A stretch of DNA of 64,000 bases from Patescibacteria group bacterium (lineage in GTDB: Bacteria; Patescibacteriota; Saccharimonadia; Saccharimonadales; JAZKJC01), in NCBI GenBank assembly GCA_040384565.1, contig JAZKJC010000015.1, forward strand, positions 2,063-66,062. The letters run 5' to 3'. Under the pieces are notes generated by a model that saw only the letters and a list, made by a program, of their open reading frames with translations, had not been told where the DNA came from and did not search any database. A program made the translations under genes and the position numbers. Below, in pieces: positions 28,519 through 39,350 of this stretch. Every line of letters starts with the position of its first letter. Position 1 is the first letter of the stretch.

Positions 28519-29205
28519 ATGAGTGAACTACCTCTTGCGTCAAAACCGGAAGGGCTTAACCCCGGAGATGTTATTGGGTTTGCGGATATGCCGGAGCTTA
28601 TGGCTTTTGAGGATTTGCTTGCGCCTCTGGTTGATCCTTTGTCAAACGCTGTACTGTGGCAGACACGGCCCAAACTCAGTGACCTACTGCGACCACCAAC
28701 ATTTAACGGTACAATCAGAGACATTACTCTTACTGCTATGGATGAACCCTATGAACGCTTGTTGGATGCTAAAGACAGGGGTTGGACAATGCCAAGACCG
28801 AGTGGCAGCTTTGAAAGGACTCAACTTGGATTCGAGCAAAAAGTTAACAGATATCTAGGCTTTATTTTTGACGCAGAAGCCTACAGCTCGGGAACAGGAG
28901 TAAAAGGGCGAATCGCAGCTGAGCTATGGTATTATCCTTTACCCCAGTTACTTAAAAAAGCTGGAAGTATTACCGTATACACTGCAGTAACGAAAAACGG
29001 TGATGTTTCTACATACACCTCAGTTGCCAAAAAAGACTCTTATAAGACACTTAAAAATAGGGGTGAAGCCATCCGCAGAGTTGTGACGAAACCGAGATTG
29101 GATGCTGAGCGATTTTTGGCAGCCCATGATGTAGCTTGCGCGATTGGCTTTAGCGTACTACGGGATGCGATGCGAGCCGTCATATCAACACCGATGCGTG
29201 ATTAG
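28519..29205 (+). CDS. hypothetical protein
   Basis: 228-aa ORF; no family recognised. Confidence 0.5.
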   Translation: MSELPLASKPEGLNPGDVIGFADMPELMAFEDLLAPLVDPLSNAVLWQTRPKLSDLLRPPTFNGTIRDITLTAMDEPYERLLDAKDRGWTMPRPSGSFERTQLGFEQKVNRYLGFIFDAEAYSSGTGVKGRIAAELWYYPLPQLLKKAGSITVYTAVTKNGDVSTYTSVAKKDSYKTLKNRGEAIRRVVTKPRLDAERFLAAHDVACAIGFSVLRDAMRAVISTPMRD

Positions 29206-29305
29206 GCAATAACAATTACCTGTTGCCTAACAGGGGCGGGTGTGGTAGTATTGGTTTAACTAATGCAAATCTCTTATTATTTAACAGATTGGGAACAATA
29301 GATTC

Positions 29306-29572
29306 ATGATAACCACCGAGAAAAAGAGCAAGATTATTAGTGACTTACAGACTAGCAAAACTGACACTGGCAGTCCGGCTGTCCAGGCGGGGATATTGAC
29401 AGAGCGGATTAAGGAACTGACGGCACATCTGAAAGTAAATAAGCACGACTTTATGGCCCGCCGGGGGCTGTTGCAGGCAGTTGGCAAGCGCAAAAGATTG
29501 CTCAAATACCTGGCAGAACAAGACGCGCCAGCTTACTTAGCAGTCATTGCAAAGCTTGGTCTTAGAAAGTAA
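29306..29572 (+). CDS. rpsO: 30S ribosomal protein S15
   Basis: TGSPAVQAGILTERIKELTAHLKVNKHDFMARRGLL. Confidence 0.92.
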   Translation: MITTEKKSKIISDLQTSKTDTGSPAVQAGILTERIKELTAHLKVNKHDFMARRGLLQAVGKRKRLLKYLAEQDAPAYLAVIAKLGLRK

Positions 29573-29574
29573 AG

Positions 29575-29725
29575 CGCGAAAAACTAAGCACGAAACATGC
29601 GAAACAAGCACGAAATACGAAATCACAAGCACGAAACTTTAGCTCCGAAAGCTGAATTTGTTTCGGATTTCTGATTTCGGATTTCAAATTTGTTTCATAT
29701 TTCGATATTCGAATTTAATATTTAA
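29575..29725. repeat. CGAAA/TTTCG period-7 inverted-repeat element, family B
   Basis: Left arm is rich in AAGCACGAAA words. Right arm is TTTCGGA/TTTCTGA/TTTCGGA/TTTCAAA/TTTGTTT. Starts right after the rpsO stop. Confidence 0.8.
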
Positions 29726-29804
29726 CGACCGTAGGTGATGGAGCGCAGGTTTCTGCCCCCTATGGCGGACACTTGAACCTCGTTACCTACAGAAAAGGAA
29801 GTAA

Positions 29805-31937
29805 ATGGCGACAATAAATCCATTTGGAAAAGAAGTTATAAAAGTAGAGGCAGAGCTGTGCGGACGCACGCTGAGCCTAGAGGTAGGCCGGGTTGGATTC
29901 CGTAGTAGTGCCAGCGTACTGGTACGTTACGGTGATACTGTCGTGCTGGGAACAGCTATGGTCAGTGACCGCTCTATCAGCGGCATGGATTACTTCCCGT
30001 TAAGTGTTGATTATGAAGAGAAGATGTATGCCTCCGGCAAAGTCAGCGGCAGCAGATTTATAAAGCGCGAAGGCCGTCCATCTGATGACGCGGTATTGAT
30101 TGGCCGTTTAATTGACCGTCCAATACGCCCACTGTTTCCAAAAGGTTACCGGCAGGAAGTGCAGGGAGTGGCTACGGTGTTGAGTATGGATCCAGATTTC
30201 CGCCCAGATATGGTGGCAATGATTGCTATGAGCGCGGCCATGAGCTTGAGTGGCGCGCCATATGACGGGCCTGTTGCAGGTCTGCGTGTAGGTCTCGTTG
30301 ACGGTAAGTATAAGGCTTTCGCAACCCCCGAAGAACTGGAAAAGGGCGACCTTGACCTAGTAGTAGCCGGGACTAAAGACGGCATTATGATGGTAGAAGC
30401 TGGCGCTTCTGAAGTCAGCGAGCAACAGATTGTAGAAGCTATGCAGTTTGCCTTTGAAGCTATGCAGCCGGCCATTAAATTACAGGAAGAGTTGGCCAAG
30501 AAAGTAGGTGTTACCAAACGGGAATTTGAGCTTATTCTGCCAGAAGAATCAATTCTAAGTGATGTAGAGAAGTGGATGGACGGTAAACTTGGCGAAGCGG
30601 TTCGGCAGCCCTATCCGGAACGCAATGAACTGATCAAAACCTTACGTGACGCGTTTCATGCGGAGTTCGCGGAAAAAATGGGCGAAGATTACGGCGCTAA
30701 ACGCAATGATTACGACGAAGCATTCACGATGGCGCTGCACAAGGACGTGCGTAAGGGGATTATCAAAGACCAGGTCCGTCCTGACGGTCGCAAACTGGAT
30801 GAAATTCGTCCACTGAGTAGCGAAATTGGTATCTTGCCAAGGGCTCACGGCTCCAGCTTATTCACCCGGGGTATGACCCAGGCTTTAAATATTGTTACGT
30901 TAGCACCACTCAGCTACGTGCAACTGGTAGATACCATGGAGCGGGAAGGCGAACGACGCTACCTGCACCACTACAACGCCCCCGGCTACACTGTTGGTGA
31001 AGTTAAGCGCTTAGGCTCACCAGGCCGGCGTGAAATTGGCCACGGCTACCTTGCGGAGCGTGCCCTAACAGCGGTTTTGCCTAGCGAAACAGAATTTCCG
31101 TACATGATCCGTTCCGTTACGGAAATCATGAGCCAAAACGGCTCAACCAGCATGGCAGCAACGTGTTCCAGCTGTTTGGCACTGATGGATGCGGGCGTGC
31201 CACTGAAGCGGCCTGTTTCTGGCATTGCCATGGGGTTGATGCTGGATGGCACCACACCATACATCATGAGTGATATTGCTGACGCCGAAGATTTTGCCGG
31301 TGATATGGACTTTAAGGTAACAGGTACTAGCGAGGGTATAACAGCTCTACAAATGGACATGAAAGTCCACGGCTTGCCGGTAGATATTTTACAAAAAGCT
31401 TTAGAGCAAGGCCGCACCGGCCGGGCTAAAATTCTGGAGCACATGATAAGCATCATTGCCGAGCCTAAGGCAGAGATGAGCCAGTACGCGCCGCGCGTCG
31501 AAGCCATCAAGATCAACCCGGACAAAATCCGCGAAGTGATTGGTAAGGGCGGCGAAACCATCAATCGGATTATTGCTGAAACAGGGGCAGAAATCGACAT
31601 TAAAGATGACGGCACCGTTATGATTGCCAGCCCTGACAAGACATCAATTGATGCTGCCATCAAAATGGTCCGTGATATTACCGTAGAACCTGAAGTTGGC
31701 ACTATCTATGAAAATGTGCCGGTGATGAGCGTGATGGACTTCGGCGTATTTGTACAAATCCTGCCCGGCAAAGACGGCCTGGTGCATGTGTCGGAAATGA
31801 GCGAAGAACGCGTCAACAAACCAAGCGACGTTGCCAAAGAAGGTGACTTAGTAACAGTCAAGCTGGTAGCCATTGATGAAAAGGGCCGCCTGAATCTAAG
31901 CATGAAACAAGCCGCCCGGGAGCTAGGAACTAAATAA
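29805..31937 (+). CDS. pnp: polyribonucleotide nucleotidyltransferase (PNPase)
   Basis: Two RNase PH domains, KH ([15 protein letters not shown]) and S1 ([19 protein letters not shown]). Confidence 0.93.
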   Translation: MATINPFGKEVIKVEAELCGRTLSLEVGRVGFRSSASVLVRYGDTVVLGTAMVSDRSISGMDYFPLSVDYEEKMYASGKVSGSRFIKREGRPSDDAVLIGRLIDRPIRPLFPKGYRQEVQGVATVLSMDPDFRPDMVAMIAMSAAMSLSGAPYDGPVAGLRVGLVDGKYKAFATPEELEKGDLDLVVAGTKDGIMMVEAGASEVSEQQIVEAMQFAFEAMQPAIKLQEELAKKVGVTKREFELILPEESILSDVEKWMDGKLGEAVRQPYPERNELIKTLRDAFHAEFAEKMGEDYGAKRNDYDEAFTMALHKDVRKGIIKDQVRPDGRKLDEIRPLSSEIGILPRAHGSSLFTRGMTQALNIVTLAPLSYVQLVDTMEREGERRYLHHYNAPGYTVGEVKRLGSPGRREIGHGYLAERALTAVLPSETEFPYMIRSVTEIMSQNGSTSMAATCSSCLALMDAGVPLKRPVSGIAMGLMLDGTTPYIMSDIADAEDFAGDMDFKVTGTSEGITALQMDMKVHGLPVDILQKALEQGRTGRAKILEHMISIIAEPKAEMSQYAPRVEAIKINPDKIREVIGKGGETINRIIAETGAEIDIKDDGTVMIASPDKTSIDAAIKMVRDITVEPEVGTIYENVPVMSVMDFGVFVQILPGKDGLVHVSEMSEERVNKPSDVAKEGDLVTVKLVAIDEKGRLNLSMKQAARELGTK

Positions 31938-31945
31938 GGAAAAAT

Positions 31946-32137
31946 ATGATCAATAGTACAGTACGTTCAATCTTATTGATTGCAGCTTTAGCACTAATAT
32001 TTATTGGTTTTAGATTTGTAACTCAAGCTGGCCAGGGGCTTGACGCGGTGCAAAATGATGGCTACGGCGGTACAGGAGGTTTCATGATACTTGCGGGTGG
32101 ATACTTATTAGGGTATTTAACAAAAAAAGAAAAATAA
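31946..32137 (+). CDS. small membrane protein
   Basis: 63 aa with two hydrophobic segments. Confidence 0.4.
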   Translation: MINSTVRSILLIAALALIFIGFRFVTQAGQGLDAVQNDGYGGTGGFMILAGGYLLGYLTKKEK

Positions 32138-32334
32138 TGAGGAGCTTAAATACGCCAGATCAATTTAAAACTAAATCTGCCTTACTGTTTATGGGCACCG
32201 TGGGCATTGTGCTGGCGTATCTGCTGCTGACAAGAGCGTTCGATACCGGCAGCTGGTGGCAGTACTTCGGTACAGTCGCACTGCTGGCACTAAGCATTCG
32301 TTTGCTAATGCATGGCTTTAAATCCAAGAAATAA
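32137..32334 (+). CDS. small membrane protein
   Basis: 65 aa with two hydrophobic segments. Start overlaps the previous stop (TAATG). Confidence 0.4.
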   Translation: MRSLNTPDQFKTKSALLFMGTVGIVLAYLLLTRAFDTGSWWQYFGTVALLALSIRLLMHGFKSKK

Positions 32335-32339
32335 TATGA

Positions 32340-32460
32340 CAAAAAATTTCCAAGTCGCAATTTTCAATTTTCAATCAAACCTCAATGAACCAATGAGCCA
32401 AATGTTTGAATCCTTGAAAATTAATATATTGATTGAAAATTGCAAAATTGGTAATTGAAA
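32340..32460. repeat. TTTTCAA/TTGAAAA period-7 inverted-repeat element
   Basis: Perfect 14-bp inverted repeat: CAATTTTCAATCAA 32365-78 / TTGATTGAAAATTG 32429-42. Confidence 0.8.
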
Positions 32461-32463
32461 ATT

Positions 32464-33027
32464 ATGAGCACTAAGCAGCAACAATTAGATAAAATCGCCA
32501 AGCAAATCGTGAAAGATAAGGTTTGCAAAGAGTTGGCCAAGCAGGCGACCCAACTGGTGTTTGGTGATGGTAGTCCGGATGCAGACGTGGTGTTCATTGG
32601 CGAAGCGCCGGGCAAGAACGAGGATTTGCAGGGCAAGCCGTTTGTTGGGGCTGCTGGGAAGTTTCTGGATAAAATGCTGGCTATGATTAACCTAAAGCGG
32701 GAAGATATATACATCACCAACATTGTTAAATACCGGCCACCGGATAACCGCGATCCGCTGCCGGAAGAAAAATCAGCGTTTCTGCCGTATCTCAATCAGC
32801 AACTAGACGTAATAGAACCTAAAATGATTGTCACTCTGGGCAGGCACAGCATGGATGTGCTACTACCCGGGATGAAAATCTCGCAAGTTCACGGTCAACC
32901 GAAGCGCTATAAAGGCAGAGTGTTTCTGCCGTTATTCCACCCGGCAGCGGCGCTGTACGATGGCGGTTTAAAACAAACCTTAATCGATGATTTTGCGAAG
33001 ATCCCATTAATCTTAGAAAAAATTTAA
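32464..33027 (+). CDS. uracil-DNA glycosylase, family 4
   Basis: [20 protein letters not shown] motif. Confidence 0.85.
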   Translation: MSTKQQQLDKIAKQIVKDKVCKELAKQATQLVFGDGSPDADVVFIGEAPGKNEDLQGKPFVGAAGKFLDKMLAMINLKREDIYITNIVKYRPPDNRDPLPEEKSAFLPYLNQQLDVIEPKMIVTLGRHSMDVLLPGMKISQVHGQPKRYKGRVFLPLFHPAAALYDGGLKQTLIDDFAKIPLILEKI

Positions 33028-33055
33028 ATATCTCTCATAAATAGAAAGGATAGAT

Positions 33056-35149
33056 ATGCAACCAAAAAAACCTAACCCAAACAACAAACCAGTCCCTAAA
33101 CCGGCTTCTAACAATAACGGCAATGGAAATGGCCGTAATGCTTCACGTGGCGCAGCCATCCGTGCCCACAGGCGTGCCCAAGACGACGCTAGCCGAACAT
33201 TGAATCAATATGTTGATACACCATCACAAACTGACGATAAACCCCGCGCTAACTTCATAGATGATAGCCCGCGGCTCAAGATCATCGGCCTGGGCGGTAT
33301 GGACGGTGGCGGCTCCAAAAACATGATCCTTGTAGAGTACATGAACGACGCCGTGGTGATGGACTGCGGTAACGATTTAGGAGTTGACTTGCCGGGTATT
33401 AACTATGGTATTTGTGATGTTAGCTACCTAGAATCCATCAAGCATAAACTTCGTGCCTACATAATCACCCATGGTCACCTGGACCACATTGGTGGCTTAC
33501 CGCACATTGTGCCTAGATTTCCGGCACCAATTTATGGCTCAAGGTTTACCATTGGCCGGGTAGAAGAAATTTTTGGCAACTTTGGCATGCCCATGCCAGA
33601 TGGCTTTGAGCTCCGGACAGTTACCATGAATGAAGATACCCATGAACGACTCAAAATTGGACCGTTTTTTGTGGAGCTTGTCCGTGTAACACACTCCATC
33701 CCTGGTAGTACGGTGATCGCTCTTGATACCCCCGTTGGACGCATCATTAATACGGGCGACTTCAAGTTTGACCCCAAACCGCTTGACCAAGAATTGACAG
33801 ACTACGAACGCCTCAAGCAACTTGGTGATGAGGGTGTGCTGGCATTACTTTCCGAAAGTACCACCGCTGACCGCCCTGGCCGTACGCCGTCAGAAAGCAT
33901 TATTGAACCAACTATCATTGACATTATGGACAGGGCGCCGGGACGTATTTTTGTTGCCTTGTTCTCTACCAATATGAAACGGGTTCAGATGATAGTAAAC
34001 GCAGCTGTGCACCACAACAAAAAGGTAGCCATGGATGGCCGCAGCATGGTTAGCACACTCGAGATGGCCATAAGACATGGCTTTATGAAAATTCCCAAAG
34101 GTACGTTTGTGCCCATTGCCGCAAGTGGTGGCATGAAAGACGAAGAGCTGGTAGTAGTGTGTACGGGCAGCCAAGGTGAGCCAAGTTCTGCCTTGCAGCG
34201 CATGGCTTCTGGTGACCACCGTCATATTAAACTCAAACAGCAAGATACAGTCATACTTTCCAGTAGCCCGATTCCAGAATCAGGCAACGATGCTTCAGTT
34301 GGCTTAATGGTTGACGGCTTAGTCCGAAAAGGCGTGCATGTATATGAGCATCGCAATCGAGAAATGGATCATATTGGTCCGCTGCATGCTTCTGGTCATG
34401 CCAGCCAGGAGGAATACGCCGAGATGATAAATATGACCAAACCCAAGTTCTTCATACCTATTTACGGAGCTTATCGTTCTAAACAACGCCATATTGATCT
34501 GGCCATCGAACATGGCGTACCGCGCGCCAATTGTCTAAACGCCGAAAACGGTCAAGTTATTGCGCTCACCCCAGACAAAATGGAAGTAATTGGTGAAGTG
34601 CCTGTCGGCACAATGCTGGTAGACCAGTCTGGTGCCTTAGTTAGCGGCGTGGTCATAAAAGACCGGCTCATGCTGGCAGAAGAAGGCTTGGTGGCAGTAG
34701 TGCTAACGCTGGACAGAAAGACAGGACAGCTTATGACCAGCCCGGATATCATTAGCCGCGGCTTCATATATATGCGCGATAACGAGGAGCTCATGAACGC
34801 TTTCCGTATAGAGCTAAAGCGGGCCGTAGCCCAGCGCTTTAAGCGCATAGATCTGGACCGCTTCAAGGCGGAACTAAAAGACCACATCACTCACTTCTTG
34901 TTTGAACACACTGGCGGCAGCCCAATTGTCATCCCAGTAGTAAATATTGTTGGTGGCGGCGGCAAGCCCGGCGGTTCAAGCAATGCGCCCCGACAGTCAG
35001 AGCAGGATGCTCAGTCGCAACAGGGCAGACCCAAGCAACCAGTAGTGGTCCCCCAAGTTCCTACCCCCGAGCAAATAGCCGCCGACCAGCAAAAACGCTT
35101 CGAAGAAATGCGCTCCCGCCTGCTAGGCCAAGACGCCCGCGTAGACTAA
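33056..35149 (+). CDS. rnj: ribonuclease J
   Basis: Metallo-beta-lactamase THGHLDHIGG and beta-CASP layout. About 65-aa basic N-terminal extension and Q/P-rich C-terminal tail. Confidence 0.88.
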   Translation: MQPKKPNPNNKPVPKPASNNNGNGNGRNASRGAAIRAHRRAQDDASRTLNQYVDTPSQTDDKPRANFIDDSPRLKIIGLGGMDGGGSKNMILVEYMNDAVVMDCGNDLGVDLPGINYGICDVSYLESIKHKLRAYIITHGHLDHIGGLPHIVPRFPAPIYGSRFTIGRVEEIFGNFGMPMPDGFELRTVTMNEDTHERLKIGPFFVELVRVTHSIPGSTVIALDTPVGRIINTGDFKFDPKPLDQELTDYERLKQLGDEGVLALLSESTTADRPGRTPSESIIEPTIIDIMDRAPGRIFVALFSTNMKRVQMIVNAAVHHNKKVAMDGRSMVSTLEMAIRHGFMKIPKGTFVPIAASGGMKDEELVVVCTGSQGEPSSALQRMASGDHRHIKLKQQDTVILSSSPIPESGNDASVGLMVDGLVRKGVHVYEHRNREMDHIGPLHASGHASQEEYAEMINMTKPKFFIPIYGAYRSKQRHIDLAIEHGVPRANCLNAENGQVIALTPDKMEVIGEVPVGTMLVDQSGALVSGVVIKDRLMLAEEGLVAVVLTLDRKTGQLMTSPDIISRGFIYMRDNEELMNAFRIELKRAVAQRFKRIDLDRFKAELKDHITHFLFEHTGGSPIVIPVVNIVGGGGKPGGSSNAPRQSEQDAQSQQGRPKQPVVVPQVPTPEQIAADQQKRFEEMRSRLLGQDARVD

Positions 35150-35229
35150 CCTAGGAACTGAATATTTTTCTTGTAGAGCGGAAGTAACGTTCATCATTTT
35201 CACTCAGGTTAGCACTTTAGTGCGGACAA

Positions 35230-35251
35230 GCCTGCCTGCCGGCAGGCAGGC
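35230..35251. other. perfect 22-bp palindrome GCCTGCCTGCCGGCAGGCAGGC
   Basis: Read directly, 80 nt after the rnj stop. Confidence 0.8.
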
Positions 35252-35350
35252 ATGGAATATTACGCACTGCGTTCAGCATAACTACCCTGAGCCAACAGTT
35301 CACTTAATTTAATTTTTATATCAAAGAACATTTCTAAGACTGCATCAATA

Positions 35351-35379
35351 TTGACATAGCTTAAGATATTTGCTATAAT
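35351..35379 (+). promoter_or_regulatory. consensus promoter TTGACA-17-TATAAT
   Basis: TTGACA 35351-56; TATAAT 35374-79; 49 nt upstream of ATG 35429. Confidence 0.6.
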
Positions 35380-35428
35380 GGGTTAATAAACTTAAGTTTG
35401 AAAAAATTGTTAGATTGTAAGAACCACA

Positions 35429-35803
35429 ATGACTAGAACTAAACTATCACTTTTTGAGCATCAACATCCACACTTTGCCGAAGACCCTATTGAGGCAGCA
35501 GAAAGACATCGAATAGAAAGGCAGCTTAGATCATTTGATAAGTCTGCTCCTAGTATAGACTCGGGCACAATAACTGTAGCCGAGCACATGGATTTAGTTG
35601 CGGATAACTTAGGATTAAACACTAGAATAAGTGATAGAGAAGCTGAAGCAGCATCGGAATCGGCTCCATGGGATTTAGAGAACATAACTAAAAGTGTTGG
35701 TACAGCTTCTTTGGGAGGAGCACATATTAGTTCTGAGCCAATTAAGGCACCTCATCCTAGAGCAGCGTTAAGCAGTTCTAGTCACCAGCTACAGATTAGC
35801 TAA
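35429..35803 (+). CDS. hypothetical protein
   Basis: 124-aa ORF behind a consensus promoter. No SD seen and no family recognised. Confidence 0.45.
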   Translation: MTRTKLSLFEHQHPHFAEDPIEAAERHRIERQLRSFDKSAPSIDSGTITVAEHMDLVADNLGLNTRISDREAEAASESAPWDLENITKSVGTASLGGAHISSEPIKAPHPRAALSSSSHQLQIS

Positions 35804-35811
35804 TCACCTAA

Positions 35812-35841
35812 TTGGACAAGTGTAGTAATTTTTGCTATAAT
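35812..35841 (+). promoter_or_regulatory. promoter TTGGAC-18-TATAAT, 6 nt before ATG 35848 (leaderless candidate)
   Basis: TTGGAC 35812-17; TATAAT 35836-41. Confidence 0.45.
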
Positions 35842-35847
35842 ATTGAC

Positions 35848-36171
35848 ATGGATAATGAACACACTCCAGCTGACTCAGAACCGATACTTTACACGTCTTT
35901 TTATGAATCGTCTGCTATAGGTGATGCTGATGTTGCTGAGAGCGAAAGCCCAAGTTTGTATCCAGAGCCACCTGATCCTGAAGAACGAGATATAAGAGAC
36001 AAACTGGAAGAGCTTCGAGATATTGAAAATGAACTAAGAGAAATTCAAAACCGTATTGATGCTGGTGATGAAACAGCTGCTGATATGTACCGCAAAGATC
36101 AGCTAACCGCAGGACAAATTCATTATAAGGCTCAGACTGCTCCGGAAAACACTGATCCACCCGCTCGATAA
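35848..36171 (+). CDS. hypothetical acidic protein
   Basis: ATG 35848 is preferred over TTG 35812, which coincides with the -35 box. Confidence 0.45.
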   Translation: MDNEHTPADSEPILYTSFYESSAIGDADVAESESPSLYPEPPDPEERDIRDKLEELRDIENELREIQNRIDAGDETAADMYRKDQLTAGQIHYKAQTAPENTDPPAR

Positions 36172-36191
36172 GTGTTATAATACATAAAGCT

Positions 36192-38396
36192 ATGGCTAAA
36201 AAGAAAAAACAAACTAGAAAAAGAACACCGGAACCAGAGTACAGCGAGCGCTCGGCCTTTTGGCCTTTGGCGGGGGCTATACTCATGTTTTTGCTTGCGG
36301 TATTTGTGCTTCTGGGTGGTTTTGGAACTGGTGGAAATCTGCCACGCAGTCTTTACAGTGGTGCTTATTGGGCACTGGGTTGGGGCGGGTTTTTGGTGCC
36401 AATTGCGTTGGTTTACTTTGGAATACTAAAGTTCACCAGTGAAGATCGGCATATACCACTGGCCAAATTTGTCAGTACGCTGGCATTTATGGCCATGAGC
36501 GCTACCTGGTTGCAGGTTGGGTTTGTTAGCAAATTAGAAGACGGTACATTTACTGGTGGGCATGGCGGTGCGGTAGGGCAGCTGTTTGGAAATATTGCTT
36601 TAGGCGCACTAGACAAAATGCCGGCGGCGATCATGTTTTTTGTCTTCGCATTGCTGCTTTTCTTCCTTACATTTGGCATTTCACCTAGGGTACTACTGCA
36701 TTTGTTGAATATATTTAAGCGTGAGCCAAAGGAAGATACTGACCTGGAAGACCTAAAGGCCAAAGCCGGCGATAACGGATTTAAGATGAATGAGGGCGTG
36801 CCAGTAGAGCACCACAAAGGTGAGCCAGCAGCCCGCCTGAGCAGCTTCCGGAACACTGCCCAGAAGCTCACTCCTACGGAAAACCACCAAGCACTCACTA
36901 CCGCCAGTGATCCTGACTGGCAGTTCCCGGGCACTGACCTGTTGATCCAGAAGCAGGACAAAGCTGACGCCGGTGATGTCGAAGGCAACGCCGAAATTAT
37001 CAAAGAAACTTTGGCCAACTTTAACATAGCGGTAGATATGGAGGGCGCCAATATTGGTCCGCGTGTCACGCAGTTTACACTCAAGCCGCCAACAGGAGTA
37101 AAGTTAACCAAAATAACTGCTTTAGAAAACAATCTTGCACTTGATTTAGCCGCTCAAACCATACGTATTGAGGCGCCTATTCCTGGTAAACGGGCCGTAG
37201 GAATCGAGGTCCCAAATATCAAGGCAGCAACGGTGCGCATAGCATCAATCCTGCAAACACGTGAGTGGCAAGAGGCAACTAGTCCGCTGACATTTGTGAT
37301 TGGTAAGGACATCTCCGGACAACCAGTATTGGGCGATCTAGCTCGCATGCCGCACTTGTTAGTAGCCGGACAAACCGGTTCTGGTAAGTCCGTCATGATT
37401 AACGACATTCTGACCAGTCTTTTATATAGGAACAGCCCGGCAGACTTAAAGCTGATATTGGTAGACCCAAAGCAGGTTGAGCTAAAGCCTTATGATGATA
37501 TTCCGCATCTGTTAACACCAGTAATTACGGAGCCGGAAAAATGTATAAGCGCGCTTAAATGGACAGTGGCCGAGATGGAACGCCGCTACCGGGCACTAAG
37601 TGAAGTCCATCGCCGTAATATTGTGGAATACAACAACCTCAAAAAAGAAGAGGGTATGCCCTACATTGTGATCATAATAGACGAGTTATCTGATCTTATG
37701 ATGATGGCTGCCAGAGACGTCGAGTCCCTGATTGTCCGTATTGCTCAAAAAGCCCGCGCCGTTGGCATACACCTGGTGCTGGCAACCCAACGCCCCAGCG
37801 TGGACGTCATAACCGGGCTAATTAAAGCCAATGTGCCGGCTAGAATCGCGTTTACTACCACTAGCCTAGTGGACTCACGGACAATTATTGACCAGATGGG
37901 TGCCGAGAAGCTTCTGAACATGGGTGACATGCTGATCACAACGGCAGATAACCCTAAGCCACGGCGTGTCCAAGCTGCACTTATTGAAGATTCTGAAGCC
38001 TTAAAGGTAAATGACTTTATACGCATGCAACGCCCGCCACAATATGACGATGAGGTGGTCAGCCAACCCGTCCAGCTAAATGGTAAGGGCGGCATTGTGG
38101 CCGATTATGGCGGCCAGGACGCTGACGACGACATGTTTAAGGACGCCGTTAGGGCAGTGATAGAAGGCAAAAAAGCCAGTACCAGCCTACTGCAACGCCG
38201 TCTGCGGATAGGTTATGGCCGGGCAGCGCGCCTGATAGAAACCATGGAAGAGCAAGGCATAATCAGCCACGCCGACGGCAATCGCCCCCGCGAAGTCCTG
38301 GTTAGCAGCCTGGACGATGTATTCGGCGGCGGCGACTCCTCCACTGAAGATGACATGTACGACGAAAACTTCCCAGAAGAACACGAAGAGGAGTAA
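36192..38396 (+). CDS. ftsK: DNA translocase FtsK/SpoIIIE
   Basis: N-terminal TM segments, Walker A GQTGSGKSV, and gamma-domain LLQRRLRIGYGRAARLIETMEEQGII. Confidence 0.92.
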   Translation: MAKKKKQTRKRTPEPEYSERSAFWPLAGAILMFLLAVFVLLGGFGTGGNLPRSLYSGAYWALGWGGFLVPIALVYFGILKFTSEDRHIPLAKFVSTLAFMAMSATWLQVGFVSKLEDGTFTGGHGGAVGQLFGNIALGALDKMPAAIMFFVFALLLFFLTFGISPRVLLHLLNIFKREPKEDTDLEDLKAKAGDNGFKMNEGVPVEHHKGEPAARLSSFRNTAQKLTPTENHQALTTASDPDWQFPGTDLLIQKQDKADAGDVEGNAEIIKETLANFNIAVDMEGANIGPRVTQFTLKPPTGVKLTKITALENNLALDLAAQTIRIEAPIPGKRAVGIEVPNIKAATVRIASILQTREWQEATSPLTFVIGKDISGQPVLGDLARMPHLLVAGQTGSGKSVMINDILTSLLYRNSPADLKLILVDPKQVELKPYDDIPHLLTPVITEPEKCISALKWTVAEMERRYRALSEVHRRNIVEYNNLKKEEGMPYIVIIIDELSDLMMMAARDVESLIVRIAQKARAVGIHLVLATQRPSVDVITGLIKANVPARIAFTTTSLVDSRTIIDQMGAEKLLNMGDMLITTADNPKPRRVQAALIEDSEALKVNDFIRMQRPPQYDDEVVSQPVQLNGKGGIVADYGGQDADDDMFKDAVRAVIEGKKASTSLLQRRLRIGYGRAARLIETMEEQGIISHADGNRPREVLVSSLDDVFGGGDSSTEDDMYDENFPEEHEEE

Positions 38397-38477
38397 TATA
38401 ATAAAATGCTGCCACTAATATATTTTGCAGGTTGGAGAGGATGTAATAACTCAGCTCAAGAACGCAGTGGAGTAATC

Positions 38478-38645
38478 ATGGCTTTTGTACTTGGTTTTAT
38501 TGTATTGGTGTTGTTTGCCTATATTGCATACAGATCAAAATACTCAAAACTCGGTAAGATACTATTTTTATTGCTCGGTTTAATATTGGCAGCTTTAATG
38601 GTAGTTGCGATGGGCCTAGCGAGTTTCGTAAAGTCTTGCTTATAG
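38478..38645 (+). CDS. small membrane protein
   Basis: ATG 38478 with GGAG 6 nt upstream. 55 aa, two TM. Confidence 0.4.
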   Translation: MAFVLGFIVLVLFAYIAYRSKYSKLGKILFLLLGLILAALMVVAMGLASFVKSCL

Positions 38646-38681
38646 TTGACGGAATAAACTACAAAAGATATACTTTGTAGT

Positions 38682-38954
38682 ATGAAAACTGTTATTAGCG
38701 TTAAGACAGATGTCAGCACTAAATTGCGCGCTCAGAGTGTGGCCAAGCAGATTGGCATTCCTCTGAGTACTCTCATCAATGCTTATTTGCGTGATTTGGC
38801 TAGTAGCGGTACGGTTCATTTCAGTGCGCCGGAACCCATGACACCACAGATGGAAAAAATTATCGAGCAAGCTGAAAGGGACATAGCGGCAGGCGATGTC
38901 TCCGGACCATTTAAGACAAGCAAAGAGCTTTTTGATCACCTAGACAACTTATGA
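38682..38954 (+). CDS. type II antitoxin, RelB/DinJ-like
   Basis: RHH-like N-terminus VISVKTDVSTKLRAQSVAKQIGIPLSTLINAYLR. 4-nt overlap with the toxin gene. Confidence 0.7.
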   Translation: MKTVISVKTDVSTKLRAQSVAKQIGIPLSTLINAYLRDLASSGTVHFSAPEPMTPQMEKIIEQAERDIAAGDVSGPFKTSKELFDHLDNL

Positions 38955-39217
38955 TCCAAATTGGAACTACTAAGCATTTTGACAAACAATATAAAAAGCT
39001 CCGTGTTGCTGTAAAGCAGCGCTTCCAGGAAAGAATAGAAGTTTTTAAAGTAAATCCGTTAGATCCGGAACTACGAAACCATGCTATCAAAGGCAAAAAA
39101 TACCAAGGTCACCGAAGTATTGATATAACCGGAGATATACGGGCGCTGTATGCAGAAAAAGACGGTGAAATGATTATTTTTGGTTTCATTGGTAGTCACA
39201 GCCAACTTTATGGTTGA
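38951..39217 (+). CDS. type II toxin, RelE/YafQ family mRNA interferase
   Basis: FDKQYKKL...NPLDPELRNHAIKGKKYQGHRSIDITGDIRALY...GSHSQLY pattern. Confidence 0.75.
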   Translation: MIQIGTTKHFDKQYKKLRVAVKQRFQERIEVFKVNPLDPELRNHAIKGKKYQGHRSIDITGDIRALYAEKDGEMIIFGFIGSHSQLYG

Positions 39218-39350
39218 CTAACAGGGGTGGATAAGATACAATTATTTCTAGCTTAGACTTAAGCTTCAGGTTACGGCCAACTTTAGTGCACGTAATCATA
39301 AGTCCGGCCTCCTGCGAGGAAGCCGGATGAACCAAAGGAAGGAGTTCAAA

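Noticed and set aside
36413-37132. 239-aa minus-strand ORF. Similar long antisense ORFs occur at 52293-53006, 31046-31702, 9442-10032, 56932-57699, 13127-13645 and 2377-2865.
   Set aside because: Each lies entirely antisense to a confidently identified gene (ftsK, giant protein, pnp, P-type ATPase, pilO, polA, dnaG). All have low-complexity Ser/Ala/Leu-rich translations typical of shadow ORFs.
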